A stretch of 64,000 bases of DNA from Octopus sinensis (Eukaryota), in assembly GCF_006345805.1 (NCBI RefSeq), contig NC_043002.1:36518001-36582000 (forward strand), given 5' to 3'. The position numbers and the translations under genes are program-made. The notes beneath the pieces were generated by a model. The model saw only the letters and a program-made list of their open reading frames with translations. It had not been told where the DNA came from and searched no databases. The first letter of the stretch is position 1, and the number at the start of each line of letters is the position of its first letter. Shown here one piece after another: positions 27,897 through 41,929 of the stretch.

Positions 27897-28544
27897 CTTT
27901 TACTGAAATTTTAGATATACAGATCCACTGCATAGTTGCTTGATTTTTTTGAGAAGTTGCTGCTAGTTACCTCAATGCTCAGATCCTCTGTATATTTGTA
28001 CAATTCACAACCATTGTAACTCCTATTGTTTTCTTGTTTCATGATGATTGGTTTTGAATGTGTGGTGACACTGTTTATTTTATATATAAAGTATTTATAA
28101 ATACTTATAGTACAAGTCTATAGTTCTGTTGAAAGCACAAATCCATTGAAATAAAATTCCTATTTAGTTGTCTATTTAATAGTATAATATTAAAAAGACA
28201 AAACAAATAATATATAAATAATAAAATTACTCATTTGCATATATTTGTATACACACATGTATATATGTGTATGTGTAAATCCATACATACACCCCTGCTC
28301 CCATATACAAATGTATATATGCATCAATGTGATTTAGAGTGGAAGGATATGAACTGTTTGGACTTACAGTTGGGACCAAGTTCATATTCTTGTGGGGAAA
28401 CTAACTCAGCACAACATCATAGATGTGTAGACATGATATCCATACTGAAGCTATTGATTGAACTATTATTGATAAAATATAGATGTAGGCTTCTTTTCAA
28501 AGTTGTCGTTCCAATGTACATTGAATCCTTTTATAAAGTTATGT

Positions 28545-28690
28545 TAGTTAGTTAATTTTTGGCTCAAAAAGCAAAAAGCAAGGCCATGTAGGGGGACATG
28601 GAGTTATGTACAGGGTGGTGTTCATGTAAAGAGTTCAGGCCACTTGTGGTCAAGGGAGACTTTGAACCGAGCGGTCGTCAGCATCTTATT
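28545..28690 (-). mobile_element. CR1 LINE extreme 3' fragment
   Basis: Reverse complement closely matches 45620-45770, including the (AACT)n tail. Confidence 0.85.
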
Positions 28691-30360
28691 CTACATTATA
28701 AAGACTTATTCCAGTTATAAAGACTAAGTCATCAGCATAAAGTTATTTCCATAGACAGCTGATTTGTTATGGTCTGAAGAACTGTAATAAACAATAGGGA
28801 GCTGAAAATCCTGCTCTGATGAACACTTAATTCTATACTTAATTTCTCTCAGAATGCAAAGAGTCAGAATAAATACTGCAAAGCACTTCATCTGATGCTC
28901 AAAAAACTGCTAATTCACTGCTTTTAAATACAATCAACATCACTTTAATGTTCATCTTTCCTGGCTCTCATAGATCAGATGAAGTTTGTTGAGGCAGATT
29001 TTTACAGATGGATGCCCCTCCTGTCACCAATTCTCACAAGTTCCCAGGCAAGGTAATACCTTCAAATAACCTGACATATTTTCACTGACAACCGAAAATG
29101 AATGACACTGGTTGTATGATGGTGGTATTCTTCTATAACTATTGCATGATGTCAAGACAAAGAGACACCAACACACATACACAATGGGCTTCTTTGAGTT
29201 TCCATCGACCAAATTCATTCACAAGGCTTTGGTCAGCCTGGGACTATAGTAAAGACACTTGCCCAAGGTGTCGTAGTGGGACTGAACCCAAAACCATGTG
29301 GTTGGAATGCAAACTTCTAAACTAAAGAGCCATGCCTGCACATATACAACAATTTCAATAATTTTGTGTGAGATGACCTGGGGCTAAACAACAAACCTGA
29401 TAAATCATTTTGTAGATATTGGAATTGTGTATTTTGAATGAATAACATGTGGAAGTCTGTATTATTAAAAGCATCTCCTATTTAACAAGTTGTGAACCAC
29501 AACAATTGTGATAGGCATACACAATTTTTCAGGTACTCTTAGAGAGGAAAACCACCCAATCAATAATACAATGCGTTTTCAATAAATAATTATTGATTTC
29601 TAACACAAAAAATCCAGTGCGATGGTGCACCTATGACATAGTATGTAATTAGAATGTCTAGATGTCCCAGTTTTCTGGGATTCACCCTTGTTTTAAAATC
29701 AGTTCCATTCCCCAAAAGGATGCTTCAGGTTGGTAACTTATCAAGGCATTTTAAATGTTTATTTTAATTTTTAAAATACGTTTTCATAAATAGTTTCCAG
29801 TTTGATTTTAAATTTTGGCTTTCTACATATTTTCTAGATTTTCGAAAGTAAAGCTTTGATATAAAAATTTGTTTATTCAATTTTTATCGAAGAATAAACC
29901 TATGGGTTTTGAAAATATTCACTCTAATTCAGTTTTTACTATTCTTGTAACAGGTCGGGATTTGAACTCAGAATGGTTGGAGTCAAGAATGAAATTGCTT
30001 AGTCAACAATTTCCATTTTCAGTTAACGCTTTCACTTAATGGACTTACATAGTATTATATTGTAAAGATTTAATGAAATAAGCAGAGCCTTCTGCTTATC
30101 AGTCAAACAAGGCGACCCTGCTATTATTTCTATCACGTTATCAGTGAGACATTTTATCTCACAAATGAATATATATTAAATACTGTCTAAAAGAACGTGT
30201 ACATACAACAGTATTTAAGAAGAAAATTGAAGCCATATTAAAAGAGGAATATACGAAATGAAGTAGAATGTAAAATAAGCTGTTATTGAGGAAAACTGAC
30301 TGAACATTTTGACAGTTAATGCTATTATTCTGTATATTTTTAATTTCAGAAGGTATAGAT

Positions 30361-30603
30361 CAGTCATGGGCAAACTGCAACTCGTGGGACTTTCTGAATG
30401 GCATGTCCAACGAAAAATTACCTTGAACTCTTCGGCCCGCCTGATGATATTTCATGTTCACTTTGTCATACACCCAATAGGACATGCGGGCGATGACTGG
30501 AGCAAAAGATATATTCTCTTGGAGATATGTCTGTCCACAATAAACATTTTTGATGATAACCTAGGTACAAGGCTCACTTCCCGAGAGATGTTGCCTAAGC
30601 CTG
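30361..30603 (+). mobile_element. hAT (Charlie-type) MITE
   Basis: TIRs CAGTCATGGGCAAAC and GTTGCCTAAGCCTG; degenerate 8-bp TSD GTATAGAT/GCATAAAT; second copy at 61241-61402. Confidence 0.6.
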
Positions 30604-30764
30604 GCATAAATTCTTTGAAATTCAATGAAAGAAATCAATAAAAAGGAAAAAGAAATATCGGAAAAGAGAAAACATATATCAAGTACAACGTTAGTGATTA
30701 GATGTAGATTTTTAAAAATTATTATTTAACGAAGTACACTACCAACTAGAAAAAGCAACTTTTG

Positions 30765-30807
<43 letters not shown>

Positions 30808-32761
30808 ACAACCCCAAAGTAGCATTTACATTCAGGAAAATGGTTTAAAAGAAACTTTCTAGTCCGATTAATTTTGTCTCAGAGACTATGATCAAATCTA
30901 AGGTTTGAATGCGTGCTCCATCAGGCTGGCCTTGACAACAATAACGAATATTAATGAAGGAAAAAAAGTATTGTTACTAAGCATTAACGTCAATGGTGAA
31001 CCTTAATTTTAATAACTTTTTAAATTTAGTATTTCTACTTCACCGACCGTTCACCTATGATGGTAGCATAAACTTGCAGATTACCAAGATTTGATGAGTT
31101 AATTTTGATCAATTCACCAAGGCTTAGATTGACGTGCGTATGCCAAAGTATACAAGTATATGGTAGAGATAAAATAAATTGTTTAGGCTACTTCTGAACT
31201 GTACCAATTGACCTGGTTTTAGTTTAACTACTTTTGTAAGAAAATGGACTGCAACGGAAAGAAAAACAAGCAGACATTCCTAGAATAAATTCTCTTGCTT
31301 TATGGTACGATATTTGTAAGCATACAATTGTCAAAGGTCCTACAAAGTTGATAGACAAGGTTCGAAATGTTAAATATTTGTACTGAACAACTGAATATAT
31401 GTATGAATAAAATGTCAGCTTCTTCTCCTTTAATGCATTCGTACAACCAATTTTCTTTTACACGCCCTATTCGTTTTTAACTTTCAATGGAGAATCTCTT
31501 GGCGCTTCGTGCCAATGGTCCCGTGAAGGTGAAAGAGTGCTTTCAGAGAGAAAAACGAAAGATTTCTCTTTACATACAAATGATAACCAGATCAAATACC
31601 TTTTAATAATTCTTCAAACCACAATACTACACTTCATAAAACAAAGGCCATAATTTCAAAGTTACGTAATTGCATCTCGTGTATTGAATATTAATCACCC
31701 GCCAAGTTAATTAATACTCATGTTCTATTTACTTGTGGATACCAAAAGTATTTGGCGCAGAACGATCTTATGGAGTATGACAGGTGCCAACTGGAAGAAA
31801 AACTATTAATGTAGTATATGCAGAGCATTTTATTCTAGAATATGTTTGAAATTCCTATTACCATCATCTGCAAGAAAAACTGCACCAGTAGAAAATTTAA
31901 AATTTAAAAACAATCAGATGAAAATCCAAAATTCTTCAAGCGGTTGGAAGAAATTTAACAAGATCAAAACAGATATTCATAAAACTACCAGTTTAACCAC
32001 ACGAAGGCACTCACCCCTCCCCCATCGCCAACTTTTTTTAACACTTAAATGTATTTTGTTTAAACACATCTATGATGATTGTTGGCGCTCTTTATTTAAA
32101 ACCAAAGATCGCTTATTTAAAGATTAAAAAAAAAGTTATTTGCAAAAACAACTGAGATGTCATTTTAAATGAGAGAGAGAGAGAGAGTTTTTAATCAAGT
32201 ATCAGCAGGGAGTAAAATGTAAAGCAAAAGATGCTATTTTTAAAAGTATTGCTGTCATTCAGTGCAAAATTTCCGCAAAGCCAGCCGGCTGAAGATAGTG
32301 CATACTAGGAAACTGAGACCCGATTTTAAGTTTATCTGCACAATATCATTTGGAGATGAGTCATTATCAAAATGACCAATCTATAAATGAAAATAATAAA
32401 CCAAAAAACAATGTATGGCGGTGCCCCAGCATGGCCACAGCTCATTAGCTGAAACTGGAAAATCAAATCAAATCAAATCAAAATAAAAGTCATTTTAAAA
32501 TTATAAGCCATTATATAACTGGCTGAATAGCGGTAATTCAACGATTTACTGTGGTCAAAATAAAATACTGATATCAGTTAATCTAAGTAATTCGTAGTGA
32601 AAGAAGCAGAATAACAAAAACGTAAATCTGACAATATTAACGGAGTTTCGTTTTGGAGTTAAAAAAAAAAAAAACGATTGATAAAGAGACAAAAAAAAAC
32701 AAAACATATATTATTCTCCACTTGGAAATTTGTATTTAAAAGAGAAAAAAAAAGTAGTCTA

Positions 32762-33255
32762 TAGGGGACAGAGATGCCGCTGTGGTAGGCCCTTCGACTT
32801 CACAAGTCTGTCTTGCCGCCTAAATGCTGGTCGCTTCGCTCGTCACACCGAGCTAAACCTAATAAACGCCCTGGCTAGGATTAACACCCCCCCCTCCAGT
32901 TCTGGAGTCGTCGGGGTTATCCAGAAGTGATGGAAAGAGACCAGGCGGTCGTACAGTCTGTCCCTAGGTTAGAGCTAGGTGCCTCATTTGGGACGTCACA
33001 GTCTGCGACTCCTTTGCTCCCACCCACATCCTGGGTGTTAATGAGAGGGTCACTGCTTCGTAACCAAACGGAAGAAAACCCTGAAGTATCGGGGCCTCTT
33101 CCAACCTGTTGCGCTTGGGACGTCCGGAGGGAGGGCGGCAAGACTTCCGAACGCTTTAGCCTCGCCCGTGGTAATGCTGCGAGCGTGATGGCTTGTTTCA
33201 ATAGGTTGCGTTAAACCTTGTGGTGTGCGACCAGTTGCAGTGATTAAAAAAAAAA
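32762..33255 (+). mobile_element. CRE-clade (restriction-like endonuclease) non-LTR retrotransposon 3' fragment
   Basis: Across frameshifts: C.CG...LSCRLNAGRFARH zinc-knuckle region, DGKRP.G.T.CP....CLIWDVTVCD endonuclease motif and RGNAASV terminus, then poly(A) at 33246-33255. Confidence 0.8.
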
Positions 33256-34439
33256 TTCCCTAAAATGGTTTCAATACTTTTGACAGGAAGAATTGGACGA
33301 AAGTTCTCCAGTAATTTTCTTTCGTGTAAATAAATGTTTAGGTTAATTTAAAAATTTGGCAGCAAAATCTTATAAAATAACAATGTTCTAAAGGATATAC
33401 ATATTTATATGAAAATAAAATATAAAAAAAAAGAAACGTTTTCAAGCGAGACTTCAAGTTAAATTATAAACAATTATTTATGCGAACAACAGCCAGAATT
33501 TATGAGTAAATATGATTCAAATTATTTTACAAAAGACTGTTAACTAAAAAGTTTATTCTCATCTGCATACGCAACTTGTTTACATAAAAGCTGATTGAAT
33601 AACTATTAAGAATTTGCACCAGGATAACTACTGAAGGACGGAGATCGGTGTCTACATTTATATCATGGACAAAAACGTTAAAGATTTCTCTTTCATTCTT
33701 ATCTGGTTTGTTTACAAACACGCTTCGACGTTTGTTGATTTACTAACGTGTGCGTGTTGATAGCTGTGTTAGTGTTACCTGACTTGAGACTGTTATAACG
33801 TGCGTTAGGAGTAAGAGAATTTACTTTCGGTATGTGCATAAGTGTAGGCGCAATGTGATTATGCAACTACAAAGACAATTATTAACTAAAGTCTAAAATC
33901 CATAAACTAATTAATAACTTAGTTAAAAAGTTATTAACTAGACAGATGTAGATAAGAATAATAAATAAAAAAATATCGGGCGTTAGAGGAAGATGTTAGA
34001 TGCGATAAATTTGTTTTAAAGCAACATTAAATAAAGCAAACGATGGAGCGCCTCTTTATTACCATTTTTTTTCATTGGTCCTCATGAGATGATGAAATTT
34101 AAACTAGTGTATAATTGCTTTCTGACTATACCGTAAGTCTTTCTATTATTATATATAATTTTTGATGAAAACTTGTGGAACAAAAAGAAATGTGAAACAC
34201 ATTTGCTAGGCAAATAACCAGTTAAATTTCGGTGGTAAAATAATTTGCTTTCGATCTACATGAAAATATTACGTAATTAGTTATATATATATATATATAT
34301 ATATATATCAGCCGAAATTACTACGATGATCCGGTTCTTGACTGAAGACTGAGGGGTTCGAATGTCCTGTCCATGTTTATTGTATCGTCTTCTATGAGTT
34401 ATACGTTCTTGTCCATGTTGTATTTTTCTACATACCTTA

Positions 34440-34471
<32 letters not shown>

Positions 34472-35512
34472 TATAAGTATAAAAAAAAGAATAAAAACCC
34501 CAGTAAACATTGGCGGTTTTTTTAATATTTGGCATTCTTTCGAAGCATCCATATATATTTTATAGTATGCAGCAGCATGGCTGAATAGTTTTCCACGTTC
34601 AATCACATACCATGGGCCAGCCAACACTTCGTGAGTGGAAATTGAAAGCCCGTCGGAAGGATTGCAATGGAAATTCAAGAATCTAGCCATGCTGAGTCAC
34701 GCTGGTCCTGTCTGAGTATTACGTTAAGGGTACACGTATATGTGGAATATTCGGTCACTCACGCTACTGAATACCCATCCACACACACACAAAAAAAAAT
34801 TCCTTTTCATCGATTTTTTTTTTCTTCATGCGGGGTAAAAACGAAGAAGCGCAAACAATGGTCATTAGTAAATTAATGAGTCAACAGGTACAAAGAATAA
34901 AGACAAAAGATAATGCCGATTATATCTTGTTGCCAATAATAATTTCTTTATACTAGACACATTAGGCCGACTTTCGAAAATGAATATACTCGTCTTTGAA
35001 CGAATATTAAAAAGTACGTTTATAATCAGTACTGTATAAACATTTACCGATTCGAACTCACAAACACGATGTACGAAACAAAAAGAAGTAAAAAGCAGTC
35101 ACACTTTGCCGGTTCACTATCACAATGACAGTGATGAAACCGACGAAGCATTATATGGGATAAGAAATCCAATTAATGTCTTTATTTTTCGTTACATGAC
35201 GAAAAATAGTGTGGGCAGTTGAAAAGAACAATGAAAGGTTACACGCTGCTTTTTATGCAACTGTATTCGTTATCAATATATATATATATATGATGTGTGT
35301 ATATTTGTATGTATATATGTAAGGTAATCTATTCAAATGCCGCTAAATAGAATAGAAATACTGATATAAAAGCAATTTCAGACGAAAATAATTATAGGCA
35401 GAGAGAAGGCTCTGTGCAAATGATGCAAGAACTATGAATTTTTACGAAAACCGGGCAGAAAATAGAGGACGAAATAAATACATTAAAAAAAAATTTATAT
35501 AGAATAACTTAC

Positions 35513-35560
35513 CCACAATACAGATGAACAGAATTCACGCGAAGTAGTATTTGTAGCCAT
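35513..35560 (-). CDS. ABCC1: ABCC/MRP1-like transporter, coding exon 1 (MATNTTSREFCSSVLW)
   Basis: ATG at 35560, 48 nt, ends TGG|gtaagt. Resembles the vertebrate MRP1 N-terminus (FCS..LW) and splices in phase 0 to exon 2. Not in the ORF track. Confidence 0.85.
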
Positions 35561-35800
35561 TTCACACTTAAAATTCTGCGAAATCGATGGAGCAACGTCG
35601 GCAAGCGAACACTGCTCCAAAGCAACATCAAATGGAATAGATTAAAGGGAGGTAATTCTAACGTAAAGAATAGGATTTCACTTTCTCTTAAGAGGAATCG
35701 CTTCTAGGAAAAAAAAAAAACAAAGATGAAGCGAAGTTTAAAGTTTTTTAATTACCTAGAAATTATGTTAAAAACGCCGTTCAAATCGAAAAGATCCAAA
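35561..35800 (-). promoter_or_regulatory. Probable 5' UTR/proximal promoter of the ABCC gene
   Basis: Directly upstream of the ATG, with visibly more CpG than the distal introns. No TSS or core motif can be fixed from sequence alone. Confidence 0.35.
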
Positions 35801-38800
35801 GTGTGTATATGAATATGTGTGACTATTTACACGAATGTATATGTGTATATATATTTGTGTGTACATTTATGAGTGTATGTATAAATGTGTTTGGGTGTAC
35901 ATACAAATTTACGTATGTGTAGTTATGTATGTATGTATGTATGTGCGCAAGTATATATGTGTGTGTGTCTGTGTGTTTTCCGTTACCTTCGTAAAGGAAG
36001 AATTTTGTTTTTAGTTGAAATATCCAGCATTGGACTGAGGGGCTAAAGACAGGGGAATTACTGTTAAATTGGCATGGTAATATATTTAAACTATAAGTAA
36101 AGTTTCTGGGTAAATAATGGGAAAATTTCAAGCCAAAAAGCCCACATTTTTTTTTATATACAACATTTCTTCAGAATTTGTATATTTTAAACAGAAGTGA
36201 TTATGATTCTAAAATAAAAAATGTTCAAAATTAATTATTTATATCCCTTCTTCTCCATATAGCTCCAACCCTAATTCCCTAAGCCAAAACCTAAACCCAA
36301 ATTGCAGGCTTATCCCCCAAAATCTAAATCCTAAACTCTAACCCCGACCCTTAATTTTAATCCTAGAAGAAAAAAACTACAGCCTGTAGCATACACTGAA
36401 ACGGAAAAGTGGGGGAAGGGGAAGAAATAAAGAGAACCAAAAAAGAAAAATATACTTTTGACATTTCTTTTTATTCACATCTCCAATGTTTGAAACTGAA
36501 ATCTGAAGAAATTTTCAGAAAAAAAAAAAAAATGCTACAGTGAGAGGCTTCATTCAAACCTGCAAAAGAATGTTAGAATATTGAACTTGAGTTGCTTACC
36601 TTTAAGATCTTGCTTCCAGGTAGTAAGTGTTAGAATGTTGAGTTTGAGTTGCTTATCTTCATGACCTTTCTTCCAGATAGTAAATTCCTATATGCCCCAA
36701 AGCTGTTGATAATGTCATTAAACATAGGTTTTTGTTTGCAAGTCCATTGTATGGAATAATAATGTCAAATTGGGCCACATACTTCTTCTTTGAAGTTTCC
36801 CCATCTTCTTTACCCCTTTTCTCTATCCTTACCTTGAAGTTGTGTCCATCTTATGCCATCACACTCTCAGCCTTCTCCCCACTTTCATGATACATAAACC
36901 AGTGGTGGTCCACTTTTAGGTTTGAACTGACCATCTGCTTGGCAATAAGGCTCCTCCTCCCCTCTCCATCCTCTTCCCCTCCCTCCCCTATCCCCCTCCT
37001 TCATCTGATTCCTCTTTCCCCTTCCCATTTCTTCCTTCTCTTCCCATTCTCCTTCTCTAAAACCACCCCATCCATATAATTTTAATGTCCACTTTTCCAC
37101 ATTAGCATGGGTCAGACAGAATTCAGTGAGGCAGATTTCTAAGGTCAGATGCTCTTCCTGTTACCAACCTTCACCTGTTACCAAGCAAGGTAGTTTTCTC
37201 TATAGCTGCACATGTTTCCATGGCAGATTAGGAATGAATGAAACACACACACACATGCATGTGTACATATACAATGGTCTTCTTTCAGTATCCATCTACT
37301 AAATCCACTGACAAGGCTTTGGTTGTCCTGGGACTATAGTAAAAGACACTCACCCAAAGAACCATGCCGTGGGACTGAACTTGAAACCATGTGATTGGGA
37401 AGCAAACTTTCTAACCACACATCCATGCCTGCATCTTGCAAAGAAAAGAAAAATTCAAAAGAATTCTTGTTCCTTTTGTAATCCTATGTACATTCACCCT
37501 TTATAATTTAAGAATGTCTTGCAGACAGTGGCAGCTTGTGTCTAGGAATTGCGGAACTGCAGCACCCCCTATTTCTACTCGATATTATCGATAACATTCA
37601 ATATAATGATGAGTCTTATTTTTTCTTTAATTCTTTCTTTATACTTGTACATTATATAATCCTTAAGCTTAATGTCAGTAGCTGTCCCTTAATTTATGAA
37701 AAAAATACAAAAATCCTTGAATAGAACTATGCACTTCACAGTTCTTGCAATGCAGTGTTTTGCTGTTGTGAACATGCTCACATGTCTGAGATAGGAAGCT
37801 GCATGCTAGGGAGAGAGAGCACTGTCATTCATGCAGTGCTGACCCGTGTGCTGGTGAAAGGTAATGTTTCTTTTCGACTCTGAATGTGTCTTAAAATTGT
37901 GTTTATATTCTTAAATGTGATAAAGTGTAGAATTAGATTATTATCCTGCTTCCAAATACAGTGTTGCTGCAAGGATTTGAAAAATAGGGCAGATTTCCCC
38001 CCCACTTATTTTGTGATTTAGGGGGGATTTTGAAAAAAAAGGGGAATTCCTGACAGTGTTCAGTGAACAAATTAAACACACTACCCAGCAATGGCTAAAA
38101 CGTGAACCGATCAAGTTTATGTTCCTTTTACACAATATTAAGACAACAGCTAAAAATTTTCTGAAGCAGCGCTCCCACTAATTTTATCTATGAGCCACCA
38201 CTACTTGTAGATATTCATTGTCCCAGCTATCAAGATCATCTGTTGCATGGACATTATGGAGCTGTGTTCTTTCTCCAAGAATCTGAGATTAGTCATGATT
38301 TGACCCAAGCAGGTTGGTACATGTTCCATCACTTTAGTATTAATGGTTATACTGAAAATGTTTTGGGGACTTATTCTTTGTAAGCCTAGTACTTATTCTA
38401 TCAGTCTCTTTTGCTGAACCACTAGGGTGCGGGTACATAAACACACCAACATCGGTTGTCAAGCAATGGTGGGTGGGGGTGGGGGTGGGGCCAAACACAG
38501 ACATACAAACACACACTGGTCCGAGGCTATAGTAGAAGACACTTGCCTAAGGTGCCACACAGTGGGATGGAACCTGGAACCATGTGGTTGGAAAGCAAGC
38601 TTCTTACCACTCATAGATATCTTCTTTTTCCTGCAATTTTCTTACCATATTGATATCAAGTGGGCATACACGCACACATGCAAATGTATGAGCAGATAAG
38701 GATATACACCACAGAAAGACCAAATAAGCTAAACAGGACAGGAGGTGACACATGGGATAGAGAGTCGCTGAAGAGGTCACAGGATATGTGACGAAAGATT

Positions 38801-39391
38801 TCAGTCAAAGGGTACTAAAATAAGAATAATAATAAAAATGAAGTGAAGGACAAATGTATAGTAAATATGGTTAATTGGCAAAAGAGAAAATGACCATCCT
38901 GTTATATAACAATATCTATTTCAACATGCAATTTTACACCAGGAATCTTACAAAACAAATACATAAATGTAATATCACATCAGTCATATATTAATTTGGT
39001 TGCTCTTTTTATTCATTCTTAGGATTCACCAATATTCTTTTGATTCTCCTGTTTCAATGAGTTTGTTATTTACCTTTATCACCCATCCCTTGATTGATCT
39101 ATAAAGGTAGTAGCTAGAGGACATTCTCTCGCAGTTGACAAGAATGTGATTAATGTGTCTGGTTTGAATTCTGCATAACCTACTTTTGTTATAAGCTGAA
39201 GCATTCTCTCTCTCTCTCTCTCTTTGTAGAAATTGGGAATGATTTCTTGCTCATAAAGGGAAACTTCAAGGTGAGATGCGATAAGTTTGCCGAAATTTCA
39301 AGCCAAGCTTTTAGAATGGTTTATTCTCTCTGGGGTTTATGTCATTTGTTTCATGTATTAGGCATAGGAATAGCTGTGTGTTAAGTAGCCA

Positions 39392-39558
39392 TAGGCGTAG
39401 GAATGGATGTGTGGTAAGTAGCTTGCTTATGAACCACATGGTTCCGGGTTCAGTCCCACTGCGTGGTACTTTGGGCAAGTGTCTTCTACTATAGTTTCAG
39501 GCTGACCAAAGCCTTGTGAGTGGATTTGGTAGACGGAAACTGAAAGAAGCCCGTCGAA

Positions 39559-39615
<57 letters not shown>

Positions 39616-39820
39616 ATGCTTGTGTGTCTGTGTTTGTCCCCCCAACATTGCTTGACAACCAATGCTGGTGTGTTTACGTCCCTGTAACTTAGCGGTTCGG
39701 CAAAAGAGACTGATAGAATAAGTACTAGGCTTACAAAGAATAAGTCCTGGGGTCGATTTGCTCGACTAAAGGCGGTGCTCCAACAAGGCCACAGTCACAT
39801 GACTGAAACAAGTAAAAGAG
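39392..39820 (+). mobile_element. Composite tRNA/CORE-like SINE with internal (TA)n tract, full-length copy
   Basis: Head with GGTTCAGTCCC B-box and CTTTGGGCAAGTGTCTT CORE-like motif. Further copies or halves near 1-360, 1745-1900, 5340-5715, 29170-29340, 37270-37430, 38365-38610, 40600-40990 and 50205-50410. Confidence 0.85.
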
Positions 39821-40072
39821 TATTACTGTACAACCTTCTCAGTGAAGTGGTCTAGCTTTTGACATTGCTGTAATCTTAAGTAGAATTTTCAGATTTCCTT
39901 GGTAAGAAACCTGCTTTGGTTTATATCTCATGTCTTAAGTTAATTATTAATCCCTTGAGTAAGATAGATACTGATCCTATTTCTCTGCTGGATATATTGC
40001 ATCTGTATTATAATCCAGGTCTCATGTTGTTAAGACAGATTTGAGATCACATCCACCCCACCTACTCTTACT

Positions 40073-40275
40073 CTTTTATTTGTTTCAGTCATTTGACTGC
40101 TGCCATGCTGGAGCACCGCCTTCTAGTCAAGTAAATCGACCCCAGGACTTATTCTTTGTAAGTCTAGTACTTATTCTATCAGTCTCTTTTGCTGAACTGC
40201 TAAGTTACGGGATGTAAACACACCACCATCGGTTGTCAAGCAATGGTGGGGCGACAAACACAGACACACAAACAT

Positions 40276-40321
<46 letters not shown>

Positions 40322-40470
40322 GATGGGCCTCTTCCAGTTTCTGTCTACCAAATCCACTCACAAGGCTTTGGTCGGCCCGAGGCTATAGTAGAAGACACTT
40401 GCCCAAGGTGCCACACAGTGGGAATGAACTCGGAACCATGTGGTTACCACACAGCCACTCCTGTGCCTAT
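40073..40470 (-). mobile_element. Composite tRNA/CORE-like SINE, opposite orientation
   Basis: Reverse complement of the 39392-39820 family. Confidence 0.85.
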
Positions 40471-41929
40471 ATTTCCCACCTTGTAGGGAAATATGATCAG
40501 TCAATGTTTCTATTAGTATATTTTTCATATTTGTGCTGCAACTGTAGCTTATGTTTTAAGTTGTGTCAGGTAAAGAGCTTTCTATCTCTATTGTTTTCTT
40601 TCAGTCCCTGGATTGCAATGAAGCTGGGGGCACTGCCTTGAAATGCTTAGTTGAACAAATTGATTCCAATACTTATTTTTTAAAAACCCTATACTTATTC
40701 CATCAGTACATTTTTGCCAAACTGAAAATTTATGGAGATATAAACAAACCAACACCAATTTTCAAGTGATGGGGATGGAAAACACACGTGAACACGCACA
40801 CACACACACACATACACACATGACAGGCTTCTTTCAGTTTCCATCTACCAGATCCACTTTCAAGGCTTTGATTGACCTGGGGCTATGACAGAAGACATTT
40901 GCTCAAGGTGACACACAGTGGGACTCTACACCCATGATCACATGGCTGGAGGAGTAAGCTTCTTAACCACACAGCCATGTCTGGGCTTGTATCTATTTTT
41001 GGCACGAAAGTGCTTGACTATTAAGGTCAGAAATTCTCTTGCTGTATCAAATTTAAAATTTAGTGGAAAGGAGTCAGTACAAATCATAGTCTGGGTTGGA
41101 ATGGAAAAAAAGTGACCAGGTAACTTTTACTTTCAATCAGCTGGCTTTTAAAAGCTTAATTGTAGCATGTGATTGCCTTAATGAATATTTATGCATTAAG
41201 TGACAGACTGGGAATCTTTCTGGTAATGTTGGTAGGATCCTTAAAATATGTGTGTGTGTGCACATGCACACCATAATCCTACCTAGTTATAAGAGAGCTT
41301 TTGAATAGGTTTTTAGAAATATTCATATGAGCTGGCAATTAAATCTAGTGTAGCATCAAGGAGGTTAACTTCTTTTAGCTGTTTAAAAAGCTGAAAGTAC
41401 TAAAAGTGTCAATGATATTATTTCAAATTTGTTTAAAGTGTTTTTTGATATAGTCAACCTATCATCTTTGCAAAGGCCAAAATCTACTATTGAAATAAAT
41501 TTCTTCATCTTTACATCTAAGATGTATAATCTTAGAAAATTACTTATTCTGAAGGAACATGCTGGGTAAGACTTTTGACTCGCTGGAGTTTTTAGCAAAC
41601 AGTAGTATTTTTATAGCATGTATTACTATATCTATATTGGTTTTGTGTATTGTATTATAGTTCTTGGTAAACTTTTGGGTGTTGCATCGTAGAATTTAGG
41701 TATACAGTGGTAAATATCAACAATGTTGAATTGAGTAAATCTCTAAATGAGTTAATGATATCATCACTATTCTATTACTGAGGATTGCTGGTCTTCTTAA
41801 TGCTATTGTTAGTATTACTCAGAATTCTCATATTAACTTATCTTCTCTTGGAATTAACTAACTTAATTAATTTGTATTTGGGGTTAGATACAAAGTTTTC
41901 TTTAAGGCCTTCAATCATTTTAAATGCTT

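Noticed and set aside
36265-36365. Interstitial telomeric repeat
   Set aside because: Only scattered, degenerate CCCTAA-like hexamers, with no run of perfect units.
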